The translations under genes were made by a program, and so were the position numbers. Source: Chiloscyllium plagiosum (lineage: Eukaryota). Taken from it: a DNA stretch of 49,401 nucleotides. Position 1 is the first letter of the stretch, and every line of letters begins with the position of its first letter. Where the stretch lies: contig NC_057711.1 of NCBI RefSeq assembly GCF_004010195.1, forward strand, positions 69,915,586 through 69,964,986, given 5' to 3'. Below the pieces are notes generated by a model, which was given only the letters and a program-made list of their open reading frames with translations, had not been told where the DNA came from and did not search any database. Shown piece by piece: positions 37,637 to 49,401 of this stretch.

Positions 37637-38327
37637 CAAAATGTAGGTGAATTAAACAAATATTTAGCAGTCTTCACTTTGAAGTTACAAGTAAAACCAT
37701 AAAACAGAGGGGCAGATGTAAGCCATTCAGACAACTGAGTCTGTTCTGCCATTCAACAAGATCCTGGCTGATTTGATGCTCCTTAAACTCCATTTTCTTG
37801 CCTTTACTCATAACCATCATTCCCTTACTGATTAAAATTCTAAATAACCTTGGCCTTGAATATACTTAATGATTTAGCCTCAAAAACCCACTGTGGTAAA
37901 GAATTCCTCAAATTTACTTCCCTCTTGACTCAAAAAGTTCCACTTCATCTCTTATTTAAAAGGTAACCCCTTATCTTATTTTGAGATTTTGCCCTTTGGC
38001 CCTAGACTCTCTCAGTAGGGAAAACTGTTCTACATCTGTCCTGGCAAATCCATGAATTTAGCATTTCAGAAGCAGCAATAAATTATGAAGTAGAATGGAG
38101 GGAGAAGCTCAGGAAGATCACAATCACCACAGAAATGGTGCTAAGTAAATGAGCAAGCTGACAGCGCTCAGATACTGGTGAATTCATTCCTACAATCTTA
38201 TAAGAAGTGTGATAGTTGATGCATTGATTTTATTTTTCCAAAACTCTTAGTTTGGGGACAATCCCATTAGAAAATAGCAAATGTAACTCTTTCATTCAAA
38301 AAAAAATGAGAGAGACAAAAACAGGAA

Positions 38328-38995
38328 GTGGGAATTTGTGTTGCAGACGTTTCGTCCCCTGTCTAGGTGACATCCTCAGTGCTTGGGAGCCTCCTGTGAA
38401 GCGCTTCTGTGATGTTTCCTCTGACATTTATAGTGATTTGTATCTGCCGCTTCCGGTTGTCAGTTCCAGCTGTCCGCTGCAGTGGCCGGTATATTGGGTC
38501 CAGGTCGATGTGCTTATTGATTGAATCTGTGGATGAGTGCCATGCCTCTAGGAATTCCCTGGCTGTTCTCTGTTTGGCTTGTCCTATAATAGTAGTGTTG
38601 TCCCAGTCGAATTAATGTTGCTTGTCAATTGCGTGTGTGGCTACTAAGGATAGCTGGTCGTATGACACTACTATTATAGGACAAGCCAAACAGAGAACAG
38701 CCAGGGAATTCCTAGAGGCATGGCACTCATCCACAGATTCAATCAATAAGCACATCGACCTGGACCCAATATACCGGCCACTGCAGCAGACAGCTGGAAC
38801 TGACAACCGGAAGCGGCAGATACAAATCACTATAAATGTCGGAGGAAACATCACAGAAGCGCTTCACAGGAGGCTCCCAAGCACCGAGGATGTCACCTAG
38901 ACAGGGGACGAAACGTCTGCAACACAAATTCCCAGCTCGGCGAACAGAACCACAACAATGAGTACCCGAGCTACAAATCTTCTCACAAACTTTGA
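38328..38995. mobile_element. Penelope/Poseidon-like insertion: two 3' fragments in inverted orientation, with 13-bp TSD
   Basis: Arms 38329-38598 and 38665-38934 are reverse complements; ORF TTIIGQAKQRTAREFLEAWHSSTDSINKHIDLDPIYRPLQ; TSD acaaaaacaggaa at 38315-38327 and 38996-39008. Confidence 0.92.
38343..38382 (-). ncRNA. Minimal type I hammerhead ribozyme motif with intact core
   Basis: Minus strand gca-CUGAGGA-u-gucaccu(agac)aggggac-GAAA-CG-UC-ugc: 3-bp stem I, stem II with one mismatch, palindromic ACGU in place of stem III. Confidence 0.7.
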
Positions 38996-41819
38996 ACAAA
39001 AACAGGAAACTACAGAATAGCTAGCTTAACACTTGCTGGAAGTTATTATTGAAGTTATAATAGGCACTTGGATATGTTCAAGACAACGAGACAAAGCCAG
39101 CATAGTTTTGTGAGTGGGAACGCATGTTTAAGCAATCCATTGAAGCTCTTTGTGGAGGTTGCATGTCCTGTGGATAAAGGAGAACTGGTGGATGTATCAT
39201 ACTTGGATTTCCAGAAGGCCTTCAATAAAGGTGCCACATCAAGGGTCATTGAATAACAAAAGCGGATAATGAGGGCCCATAAGTTCATAAGATATAGGAG
39301 CAGAATTAGGTTATTTGGCCATTGAGTCTGCTCCACCATTCGATCATGGGTGATATGCTCCTCACTTCCATTTACCTGCCTTCTCCCCATTACCAATTAA
39401 AATTCTGTCTAACTCTGGTTAGCACATTGATGTGGATAGAAGATTGGCTGGCTAACAGGAAGTGTAAATAGGTCTCTCCAAGTTGACAAGATGTAATAGT
39501 GGAATGCCACAGGGATTGATGCTTGGACCTCTATGGTTTACAATTTATGCTAGATGACTTGGATGAAGCAAAGGATGGTTTGTTTGTCAAATTTGCTGAT
39601 GACACAAAGATAGGTAGGATTTTAAGTTGTGAAAAGGACAAAAGGAGGATACAAAAAGACAGTGAAAGGCTAATTGAGTTGGCAAATGTGTGGAAAATGG
39701 AGCATCATGTGGGAAAATGTTCAATTGTCCATTTTGGCAGCAGGAAGGATTTAAGAAAATGTATTTAATTATCTAAATGGCAAGAGATTGCAAAGCTCAG
39801 AGATGCAGAAGGATCTGGGTGTCCTCATGCATGAATCCCAAAAGTTTAGTATACACAGAGCTAATAATCGGGAAACCTAATAAAATGATTAACACGAGGG
39901 GAATTGAATACAAAGTAGAAAGTGTATGTTTCAATTCTACAGGACCGTGGTGAGACTGCATCTGGAGTACTGTGCACAGTATTAGCCAGCTTATTTAAAG
40001 GAAAGATGTAATTGTTTTAAGAGTCAGTTTACTAGACTGATACCTGGAATAGGAGGCTGTCTTAGAAGGAAAACTTAGAGGCTGAGCTTGTATCCGATGG
40101 GAGTTGTGAAGAGTAAGAAGTGACTTGAATGAAACAAAATTATAAGCAGTCTTCACAGGGTAGATGCAGAGAGCATGGTTCCTTTCATGGGAGAATCTAG
40201 AATGAAGTCACTGTTGAAGGATCAGGAGCTGTCCATTTAAAACAGATTAGGTGAACTTTTCTCTCTTAGAAGATCAAGAGCTGTTAAAAATGTCTTCTCA
40301 AAAACGTGATGGGAGTTCTTGAATATTTGTAAGGCAGAGGAGATAGATTCTTGTTAGATAATGGGGGATTTGTCATCAGGGTAGGCAGGAATGCAGACTT
40401 GAGTTTACAATCAGATCAGTCTACTCCTGCTCCTGATGTGTATGTTTCTAAGAATAAGTTGGAACAAAAGCCAATTAAAAAAAGATAAAACCTCAATTTT
40501 AAAAAGGTGAAGAAGAATGGATCAGAAGTACATGAACTTCTTAAAGACAAAGATGCTAAAACAAACTTTGAAGCATCAGATATCTTGCTTGGGAACGTCA
40601 TTTTTGGAATGTTAATGGAGATGATAAAGAAAGAGCTTACATTCTTATTGCTTGTTTCAAATAACTAAGCATTTTATATCTTTAGAATTAGTATTGAACT
40701 GTAGTCTCTTATGTAAGTATACAAAAGTAGAAAATATGCAGATGCTGGAAATTCAAAATAAAACAACAAAGTGCCTGAGAAACCTAGCATCTGTGGATTG
40801 TAATAGAACAGATGTCCTAAACTTTTTTGAAAGTTAAAGGCATAGTACAGAGCATTATTTTCATAAAAGTTTGATTTGTAGTTAATCACCTTTATTAAAA
40901 AAAATAGAGTACAAGAACAACATTAAATGCAGGACTCCCGAATACTGGCCCAACTCCAACTCTATTTACCCCCTTTGTTCCATAACTTCTAATACTCTTA
41001 TTTAACAAAGATTACCAATCTCGGTCTTGAAATGCCAAATACACTAACAGCCAAAACCTTTCTGGGTAGAAAGTTCCAAATTTCCACTGAATCTTTATGG
41101 AAAAAACATTCCGCTTTCAATCCAGAATGGTCTGGTTCTAATTTTGAGGTGATGTCCCCTTTTTCTGCAGGACAGTTCTTTGGTGGGTGTGTATTATAGA
41201 TTATAAGAATGAGCTTGGTATGCTCAAGAATCTCACCATTTTTTGTTATTTAGAATACAGTATTAAGTAAAATTTGAAGTTGTAGATGCCATAAGAAAGC
41301 GTTCATCACGAGCATACAGGCCATTCATTACGTATATTGAACATTGATAAAAATAATTTGATGCCTGTTTCACAAGAAATTCTTGATAAGCTGATAGCGA
41401 TAGCATGCTATAAAGCTTCCTACTCTCTGATGTAAAGTGGTAACACTCTTCCTACTCATTGATGTACACTGATGAAATGCAATTAGTGGTCTGGATTTTC
41501 TATTGATAAGCATAGCTGTGGGCTCATCCCCATTACTCACTGAAATTGGCATCAAATGGAGGAGTTTGTACATATTCAAAGTTCACAGCATTTGAAATGC
41601 CAATTTTCAGTCAATTTGATTAAATCCAAATGATTTGAAGAAATCCCTGGGCACTGTGGATAATGTGTAAGGACCAACTGCAATGCTGAAGCTTCTAAAT
41701 TGTCTGTATTGAACTAGATCCTCTGGTGTAGGAATACCACAGGTATTTCTGACAGCAAAACATTCTTGAGGTCTATCCTGTTCATATAATGCTAATTACC
41801 CATCAGTATAGAGAACCAG

Positions 41820-42700
41820 ATTATCACACAGAGAAAGTACCATCATATCCATGCTGATCCTGAACCAACCATCTATTCTTATCCCACTTTCCAGCACTGA
41901 CCCATAGCCTTGTATGTTATGGCATTTCAAGTACTCAACTAAATACAGTACTACTTAAATTTTGTGTGGGTTCTGACCTCTACCACCTTTTGAGACAATG
42001 AGGTCCAACATTTGATTGAAAATAGTTTCCTCAAATACCCTCTAAACCTCCTGCTCTTTACCTTAAAACTGTGTCCACTGGTTATTGACACCTCTACTGA
42101 AGTCAAAAAGCTTCTCCCAATTGTTATGGACCAGGACAGAACCCCTCAAAACATTTCAAGTGGCCCACACCCTAACTTTGCTCATTAAAACAGGTGTAAC
42201 GCAGATATTCCAGGAGAGATGTAACTAGTCAATCTGCTTAATTTCAAACAAAAGAATTTATTTACACAATTACTGAGACTTTTCAGAGTCTGTGTCATTT
42301 ACAGCCTCTCTGAAAATAAAAACCAAGGACAAGATAACCTTGTTAAAGGAGCAGCATCATGCGATCTATACCCCTCATAACTTTGAGCACCTCAGTCAGG
42401 TCCTCGCTCAGCTTTCTCTGCTCTCAGGAAAGCAATTCCAGCCTAACTAATCTGTTCTTCATAACAGAATCATTCCAACCCAGACCACAACAATCTGTTG
42501 ACTCTCTTCTGCATCCTCTCTAGTACAATCTCACACATCATCTAGTGTGGTATGCAGACTGGACACAGTATCCAGCTGTGACCTAACAAACACTATATAC
42601 AGCACCATCATAACCTTCTTGGTCTTGTAGTCAAAGCCTTGATTAATAAAAGTATCCCATGTACCATTTAACCACTTTATCTACCTATTCTAACACTTTC
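41820..42700 (-). mobile_element. Decayed CR1 3' region with a nested LTR-like fragment at ~42122-42362
   Basis: atcccactttccagcactgacccatagccttg...ctctaccacc is homologous to 9313-9420; the nested segment starts tgttatggaccagg. Confidence 0.65.
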
Positions 42701-43667
42701 AAGGATTTACTACGACTTATTGAAGATATTTTCTCAACAATCTGTTCAGAGATGTTCGGACACATACCTCTGGAACAGGTGGGACTTGAACACAGACCTC
42801 TTGGTTCAGAGGTAGGGATACTACTACCATTTATCAATGTAATGGGAAGTATTTATCACTGGTGCTATCAAGCAGCACTTACCAATAACCTGTTCAGTTT
42901 AGAATCCTCCAAAATCACCCGGCTCCCATTTACTGCAGTTCAATCAAATTTCACACCGGTTCTGATAAACCAACATAAGTTCAACTTACTTTATGATATA
43001 TTACAAGGTTGCTCCACAGTCAGATTAACTATTAAGTTTCAGCTCCTATTGTTACAGAAAAGCAACTCCACCTCTTTCACACTACATATTGCAAGCTTGC
43101 CTGCATAATGACTGCTGTTCACATGTTCTACATCCTGGTTACTTGCTCATTTGAATTTCCTCCTAAAGTGATATTGCAACACAGATTTCATTGCAGTCTC
43201 CATTCAAAAATGGAGAAAGCAGATTAACTTAATTATTCACAGGCTAAATGGCCTCCTTCTGATGTATACATTTTGCTCTCTCCCTCACCTTTGGGGTTAT
43301 TGCATTGCCCTTAATAGGCTCTGTGTATGATTTGATTAATTGGAAAACGTGGGTGATTTAGTGATGGCGGACAGTAGGTGAAAAGTACCATGGGCAAATT
43401 GATGGTGGGAAAACAACATTTGTTCATGTGAGATAACACCTCTGAATATAGAAACCAAAAAAAACGCCTCTGGTGTGGTAACAACTTTGTGATTCTAACA
43501 GCCACTGCCCTGATGTCATGGTAGCATTTGACTGAAGGTCGCATCAGGAAGCCCTGGTAAAACTAACTCAATGAGAATCAAGGTGAAATCTCTCCAATGG
43601 TTGGAGTCATACCTAGCACAAAGTTGTTGGAAGTCAAACATTTCAGCTCCGAGAGTTCCTTGGGATA

Positions 43668-43783
43668 GATATTTTGCTAATCAATCTGTTCAGAGATGTT
43701 ATTACGCACTTCTGAAGCAGGTGGGACTTGAACCCAGACATCCTGGCTCAGAGGTAGGGTTACTATCATCACACCACAAGAGC
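43668..43783 (-). mobile_element. Short tRNA-derived SINE (~115 bp); second copy at 42725-42830
   Basis: Minus strand A-box-like tggtgtgatga and B box ggttcaagtccc; both copies share aatctgttcagagatgtt...caggtgggacttgaac...tcagaggtaggg. Confidence 0.75.
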
Positions 43784-44369
43784 TAGTTTCTTCACAAGGG
43801 ATATGAAATCTTCAAAGAACTAGTCTTTCAATTTTTTTCAAAAGCCACTCGAAATTCAACTGCCTCAATGAATCAGTGGTTCCATTAGTTCCTCTGACAT
43901 TGTGTTTCACTGGATTCCCAAGTCTTCACTCCAGCAGTAACTCATTCACAATTCCAGCTCTTTCACAGCCAACTTGTCAATTAAGCTGGTACTGCCCTTG
44001 GGGTTCTGTGACCTCCAGTGTCCTGAACTCGACCAAGTAAATCCTGCTCCTGGTTTTTGTCGAGCACCAACTCTCAGCTGTGTCACTGGCCCTGAACTGT
44101 GGTGCAGCCAACAGCTCGCAATCTTCTCCTGAGCACCAGATGCAAAGATATACAAAGCAGCTGCTGGGGCTTCAGTAAATCCCCAACTCCTCACAGCTAA
44201 GAGCAACACTTCAGCTGTATTGAGCTACATGTTTGAGCCCTCTCTCACACAAAGAAACTGCTCTTAAACTACTGTTGACTGATCCATGAACTGTTTTGAT
44301 TGACCTTTTGAAACATTCCCACAGGGTCACATTATTACAAGACATAAACAAATGATTGCCTAATTCCTC

Positions 44370-45720
44370 CATGGGTATGGGATTGCAGCCTAAGCCACTA
44401 TTTATTCTTATACCTAATTGCCCTGGAAAACGTAGTGGTGAGCTGCCGCTGATCTGCTGCAGCCCTTGGGGTATTGGATGTCACTCAGTGCTGATAGGAA
44501 GGGAGTTCCAGGATTTTGACCCGTAACTGTGAGGAAACAGTGATATAGTTCCAAGTTAGGATAATATGTGGCTTGGAAGGGAACCTGCAGGTAGTAGATC
44601 TGCTGCTTTTGCCCTCCTAGGTGGGTGAGGGTGCTAGTTTGAATGGTACTTGGTAAGTTACTGCAGTGCATCTTGTAGATGGTATACAATGCTAGGACTA
44701 TGTGTTTGTGGTGTTGACACTGAATGTATCCAAGTCATGGATGTGTGGACTGCTTCGTTGGGAATGGTGTCAGGCTTCTTGAGTGTTGTTGGAGCTGTAT
44801 CCAAACAGGCAAGTGGGGAGTATTCCATCACACTCCTGACTTGTACCTTGTAGATGGTGGACAGGCTTTGGGGAGTTGGGAGATGAATTACCACAGATTT
44901 CCTCACAGCTAACCTGCTCTTTTAGCCGTTATATTTATATAGTTGATCTAATTCAATTTCTTGTCAATGGTAACCTCCAGAATGTTGAGTGTTGGGAATT
45001 CAGTGATGGTAATACCATTGAATATCAAGGAGAGATAGTTAGATTCGCTTGTATTTAAGACAGTCATTGATTGATACTTGTGTGACAGTATAATTACTTC
45101 TCAACTATCAGACCAAGCCTGTAATTTCCCTAAATCTTGCAGTAAATGGACATAGACTGCTTTGGTGCAATCATCAATAAAAATCCTCACTTCTGACCTG
45201 ATGATAGAGGGAAGGTCAGCAACTCAATCTGGTTGGACCTAGGTGATTTATTTTGAGGAATTCCTGCTGAGATGTCCTGGGAGCGCAATGATTAACCTGC
45301 AACATCCACAAACATTTCCTTTCTGCTGGTGTAACTCCAACCAGGGGAGATTTTTCCTCATTCCTCCTTGTCTCCAATTTTGCTAGGATTCCTTAATGCC
45401 ACACTCAGTCAAATGCTGCCTTAATGTAAAGGGCAGTCACTCTCACCACACCTCTAGATCAAGGCTGTTATGAGGTTATCTGGGCAATTTTCCACATCGT
45501 TGGGCAGTTGCCAAGGTTGTAGCTGTACAATAACAACTTTGCTACAGGGCACAATTAGCCCTGGAGAATAAACCTTCTGTACTATTGCCAGAATACTATC
45601 AGGACCCACAGGGATCACCGTATCCGCTGCCTTCAGCCATTTCTTTATGAGACTGGGAATTAATTGAATTGGTTGAAGACTGGCATCTGTGATGCTCTGC
45701 ACTTCTGAAGGAGGTTAAGA
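44370..45720 (-). mobile_element. Second CR1/L2-group LINE family, RT and 3' end; fragments also at ~23975-24100 (-), 32905-33000 (+), 43330-43660 (+), 46280-46640 (+) and 47715-48090 (-)
   Basis: Minus ORFs LSTIYKVQVRSVMEYSPLACLDTAPTTLKKPDTI and IKKWLKAADTVIPVGPDSILAIVQK; shared tail cagctcaccactac...agggcaattagg. Confidence 0.8.
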
Positions 45721-46782
45721 TAGATCAGTCATTCATAATCAGCAGTTGAATACTCTGTGCTTAAATGTAGCAATCTGCTAATTTATGTAGCACAAGTAGA
45801 AGAACAAAAGGGATTTTGTCACACACTGTACTTAGTTTAAAGCTGAACTCTAAAGTGCTTTTAACTTGCTGACTAGGAATTTATATTTGCAAATTGGGAC
45901 CACTGCTGTCCCATGCATACATATAATCTGGCGTGATTGACACTGGGTCATGAAACTACCAGCAAAGTCTGTGAGCAGATGCCAAAATTAGTAACCACAT
46001 TTTTTTAAAATCACAAATTGGGATTTAAGCTTGTTAATGCGATTGAGTTAGCAGATAAGCTTAAATAAGCAGTCCCCTTTCTCACTATTTGAGGTGAAAT
46101 AATGGGAAAGAGAGGGTGGGTACATTGTTTTAGAGGTTCCCTGAGCCCATTGGGGCCACCATTCCCCCATCAAGCCCCCACAAGTTCCCTCATCAATTGA
46201 TTTACCCCAGCAAGGCTTCCAAAATCTGATTTCCCCATCCCCTGAACACCCTCCTAACAGTGCTGAATCTCTGTCTTCATTGTTGCATTATGCCAGCAGT
46301 GTGTACCATCATCAAGATGGAATGCAGCAACTCACCAAGATTTCTTTAACACCTTCCATACTCATGACCTCTACCACAAAGAACCTTGGGTCAGCAGATA
46401 CATGGGAATGTCTCCACACTGCAGGTTTCCCTCCAAGCCACACACCATCCTGACTTGTAACAATATCACCATTCCTTCACAGTTACTCGGTCAGAATCCT
46501 GGAACTGCTTCCCATCAGCATTGCACCTACATCCTACTGCAGTGGCTCAAGGTGGTGGCACACAGCCTTATTTTTCAGGACAATTATGGACAGGCAATAA
46601 ATCTTGATCCTGCTAGCGGTGTACATACCCAATAAACAAATAAAAATTTTAAAATTGTTTTTAAAAATTGTGGGACTGTTTATAGTACATTAGTTGGTTG
46701 TTAACCGACTACCATGTGCACTTGCAATGCAAGACATACAAGGTTATGAACCAAGTGAGGGAAAATGGGATTAGAATAGTTA

Positions 46783-47121
46783 TTCCCTCATTCCTGAAGA
46801 AGGGCTCATGCCCGAAACATCGATTCTCCTGCTCCTTGGATGCTGCCTGACCTGCTGCGCTTTTCCAGCAACACATTTTCAGCTCTGATCTCCAGCATCT
46901 GCAGTCCTCACTTTCTCCTTGAAGATTTTAACCTACTGTGAATCCTCTTGCAAGGATGCCTTCCTTGAAGAAGCTCTCTTCCTCCGCTCATTCCTGAAGA
47001 AGGGTTCATGCACGAAACGTCGATTCTCCTGCTCCTTGGATGCTGCCTGACCTGCTGCGCTTTTCCAGCAACACATTTTCAGCTCTGATCTCCAGCATCT
47101 GCAGTCCTCACTTTCTCCTCT
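46783..47121 (+). mobile_element. TSD-flanked Penelope-type pLTR tandem (133-bp direct repeats, 200-bp period), each copy starting with a hammerhead motif
   Basis: Repeats at 46787-46919 and 46987-47119 differ at 3 positions; TSD ttagaatagtta at 46771-46782 and 47122-47133. Confidence 0.9.
46790..47026 (+). ncRNA. Tandem pair of minimal hammerhead motifs (cores at 46794 and 46994)
   Basis: CUGAAGA-a-gggc(ucau)gccc-GAAA-CA-UC and CUGAAGA-a-gggu(ucau)gcac-GAAA-CG-UC; stem I is weak (auuc/gauu). Confidence 0.55.
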
Positions 47122-47916
47122 TTAGAATAGTTAGGCCTCAATGACTCTCATCCATGACTTTTGTAGTGGAATGCAAAATATATCTACCCAGAAACGTAAC
47201 CCACAGATTTAATTGTGGCGACAATATTTCAATGCAATTGTATGCTTGTTTTATTGCTGATGTCTTGACATCCTTAGTCCTGGCACCAGTTTTCAATTGG
47301 AAAGTACATAGCCACACCCTTGAAGCTTTCTTCGAGGTCAGCATTGAGGGCTGTTGTTTAACCCCTGACTATAAAGATCAGTTCAATGACATTAAAGGTA
47401 GCAGCTTGCTATTCATTTTGCTTTGGCTCAAATATTTAACAATTATAATCACAATTGTAAACTCTGATAAATTGTTTATGTAACTAGGCTTCTGTTACGA
47501 TTCAGAAAATGATCTCACAGTTTTGTCAGGAAGCAATACAATAAAGATCTAACATAGGCAGATAAGTTCATCCCAAACTAAACAGAAAAGTTATTTACAA
47601 CAGCTAATATTGCTCTTAGAAACTTATTTTTACACATATGTTTTCAATCCATAACAAATTAAGATGTTTAACATTGATGGCAAATGTTTAATTTCTTTAG
47701 TTTTATTTATAAAATTCATTTTGGGGATCTATACTTTGCTGGCTGGAGCAGCGTTTATTGCCCCTCCCTAATTGACGTTGAGAAGGTAATGGTGAATCAT
47801 TTTCTTGAACCACTGCAGTCGACTTGATCTAGGTAAACCAACAATGCTGTTAGGAAAGCGCTTCCAGGATCTTGACTAAGCAACAGTGAAGAATCAGTGA
47901 TAAATTTCCAGGTCAC

Positions 47917-48012
47917 GTTTTGATTTGATTTAATTTATTATTGTCATATGCACCTAGGTACAGTGATAAGATTTGTTGTGTATGCAGTACAGGCAGATCA
48001 TAGCATACAAAG
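47917..48012 (-). mobile_element. Short LINE/SINE 3' end with (ATCAA)n-like tail, nested in another LINE fragment
   Basis: Minus strand cactgtacctaggtgcatatgacaataataaattaaatcaaatcaaaa; a similar end occurs near 11230-11280. Confidence 0.5.
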
Positions 48013-48344
48013 CCAAGATGGTAAGTGCAGGTTGTGATGTTGCTATGTATTTCTTCCCTTGTCCTTTTAGGTGGCCAAAGGTCCATGGATGTTTCCACTC
48101 AAGTAGCATTTTTGATTAAAATAATTAAGTAAATATTATAATAATGTAACTCTTTTGGCTGCTAATTAATTTCATCATTGTAAATTATCTGTTAGGTTGC
48201 AAATATAACTTTAATAGACATGATACAAGTAGCACATTTGCCTTTGTGAATCATCATTTTTATAAAAGCTTAACTGGAACAAAGTAAAAAGCATTGCAAA
48301 TAATGTAAACAGCATTGAATAGTTCTGTAATTTCATCGGTACTA

Positions 48345-49401
48345 ACAGTTCTATATTGGAGAAAGGCCAATTTTGACGGTATTAGGCAAGAACTTTCAAA
48401 AGCTGATTGGGTGCAGATGTTCGCAGGTAAAGGATGGCTGGAAAATGGGAAGCCTTCAGAAATTAGGTAACAAGAGTCCAGAGAAAGTATATTCCTGTTA
48501 GGGTGAAAGAAAAGGCTGGTAGGTATAGGGAATGCTGGATGACTAAAGAAATTGAGGGTTTAGTTAAGAAAAAGAAGGAAGCATATGTCAGGTATAGACA
48601 GGATTGATCGAGTGACTCCTTAGAAGACTATAAAGGCAGTCAGAGTATACTTAAGACAGAAATCGGGAGGGCAAAAAGGGGACATGTGTTAGCTTTGGCA
48701 AATAGAGTTAAGGAGAATCCAAAGGGTGTTTAACAATACATTAAGGACAAAAGGGTAATGAGGGAGAGAATAGGGCCCCTCAAAGATCAGCAAGGCGGCC
48801 TTTGTGTGGAGCTGCAAGAGATGGGGCAGATACTAAACGAGTATTTTGCATCAGTGTTTACTGTGGAAAAGGACATGGAAGATATAGAATGTAGGAAAAT
48901 AGATGGTGACATCTTGAAAAATGTCCATATTACAGAGGAAGAAGTGCTCGATATCTTGAAACACACAATCCCCAGGACCTGATCAGGTGTACCCTAGAAC
49001 TATGTGGGAAGCTAGAGAAGTTATTGCTGGGCCTCCTACTGAGATATTTGTATCATTGAGTCACAAGTGAGGTGCCGGAAGACTGGAGGTTGGCTAACAT
49101 CGTGCCACTGTTTAAGAAAGGTGGTAAGGACAAGCCAGTGAATTATAGACTAGTGAGCCTGATGGTAAGGACAAGCCAGTGAATTATAGACTAGTGAGCC
49201 TGACTTCGGTGGTGGGCAAGTTGTTGGAGGGAATCATGAGGGACAGGATGTACATGTATTTGGAAAGGCAAGGACTGATTAGGAATTGTCAACATGGCTT
49301 TATGCGTGGGAAATCATATCTCAAAAACTTGATTGAGTTTTTTGAAGAGGTAACAAAGAGGATTAATGAGGACATGTGATCTATATGGACTTCAGTAAGG
49401 C
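48345..49401 (+). mobile_element. Relatively young CR1 LINE ORF2; cut by window end
   Basis: RERIGPLKDQQGGLCVE...LNEYFASVFT and NYRLVSLTSVVGKLLEGIMRDRMYMYLERQGLIRNCQHGF; internal 41-bp tandem duplication at 49122-49203. Confidence 0.93.

Larger units (their letters stand above)
36845..40450 (+). mobile_element. Long decayed CR1 LINE (endonuclease end to 3' tail) with nested insertions
   Basis: QHSFVSGNACLSNPLKLFVEV...VDVSYLDFQKAFNK and DDLDEAKDGLFVKFADDTKIG; interrupted by antisense CR1 tails (~37700-38050, ~39280-39420), the 37506-37589 insert and the Penelope insertion. Confidence 0.85.

Noticed and set aside
40507..40668. Open frame VKKNGSEVHELLKDKDAKTNFEASDILLGNVIFG...
   Set aside because: Purine-rich acceptor context, no recognised homology and no partner exons.
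29760..49401. Exons of PPIC, the convergent neighbour of SNX24 in mammals
   Set aside because: I saw no cyclophilin-like sequence on either strand; if synteny holds it lies beyond the window.

Overview
Eukaryotic, AT-rich, repeat-dense genomic DNA. The repeat repertoire (CR1 LINEs, a V-SINE/HE1-type SINE, Penelope-like elements, a Tx1 LINE) points to a cartilaginous fish, probably a shark (inference). The only host gene I can support is the 3' half of sorting nexin 24 (SNX24) on the + strand: four GT-AG coding exons at 16211-16305, 21634-21666, 24337-24401 and 29071/29074-29141, none of them in the ORF track, followed by a 3' UTR. Bases 1-16210 are most likely one large upstream intron. Almost all listed ORFs are transposon fragments or chance ORFs. 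Most notable: (1) a decayed retrovirus-like pol fossil with foamy/class III-like RT motifs in the last SNX24 intron; (2) several Penelope-type minimal hammerhead ribozymes, including a TSD-flanked 200-bp-period tandem pair that looks like a retrozyme, and a 270-bp-arm inverted Penelope insertion; (3) an 84-bp insert with interleaved inverted repeats (A-B-A'-B') flanked by a 47-bp duplication; (4) possible alternative-splicing switches in SNX24 (a NAGNAG acceptor and a competing donor that creates a stop). Repeat boundaries are approximate unless a TSD is given. Family names come from motif recognition, not database searches.
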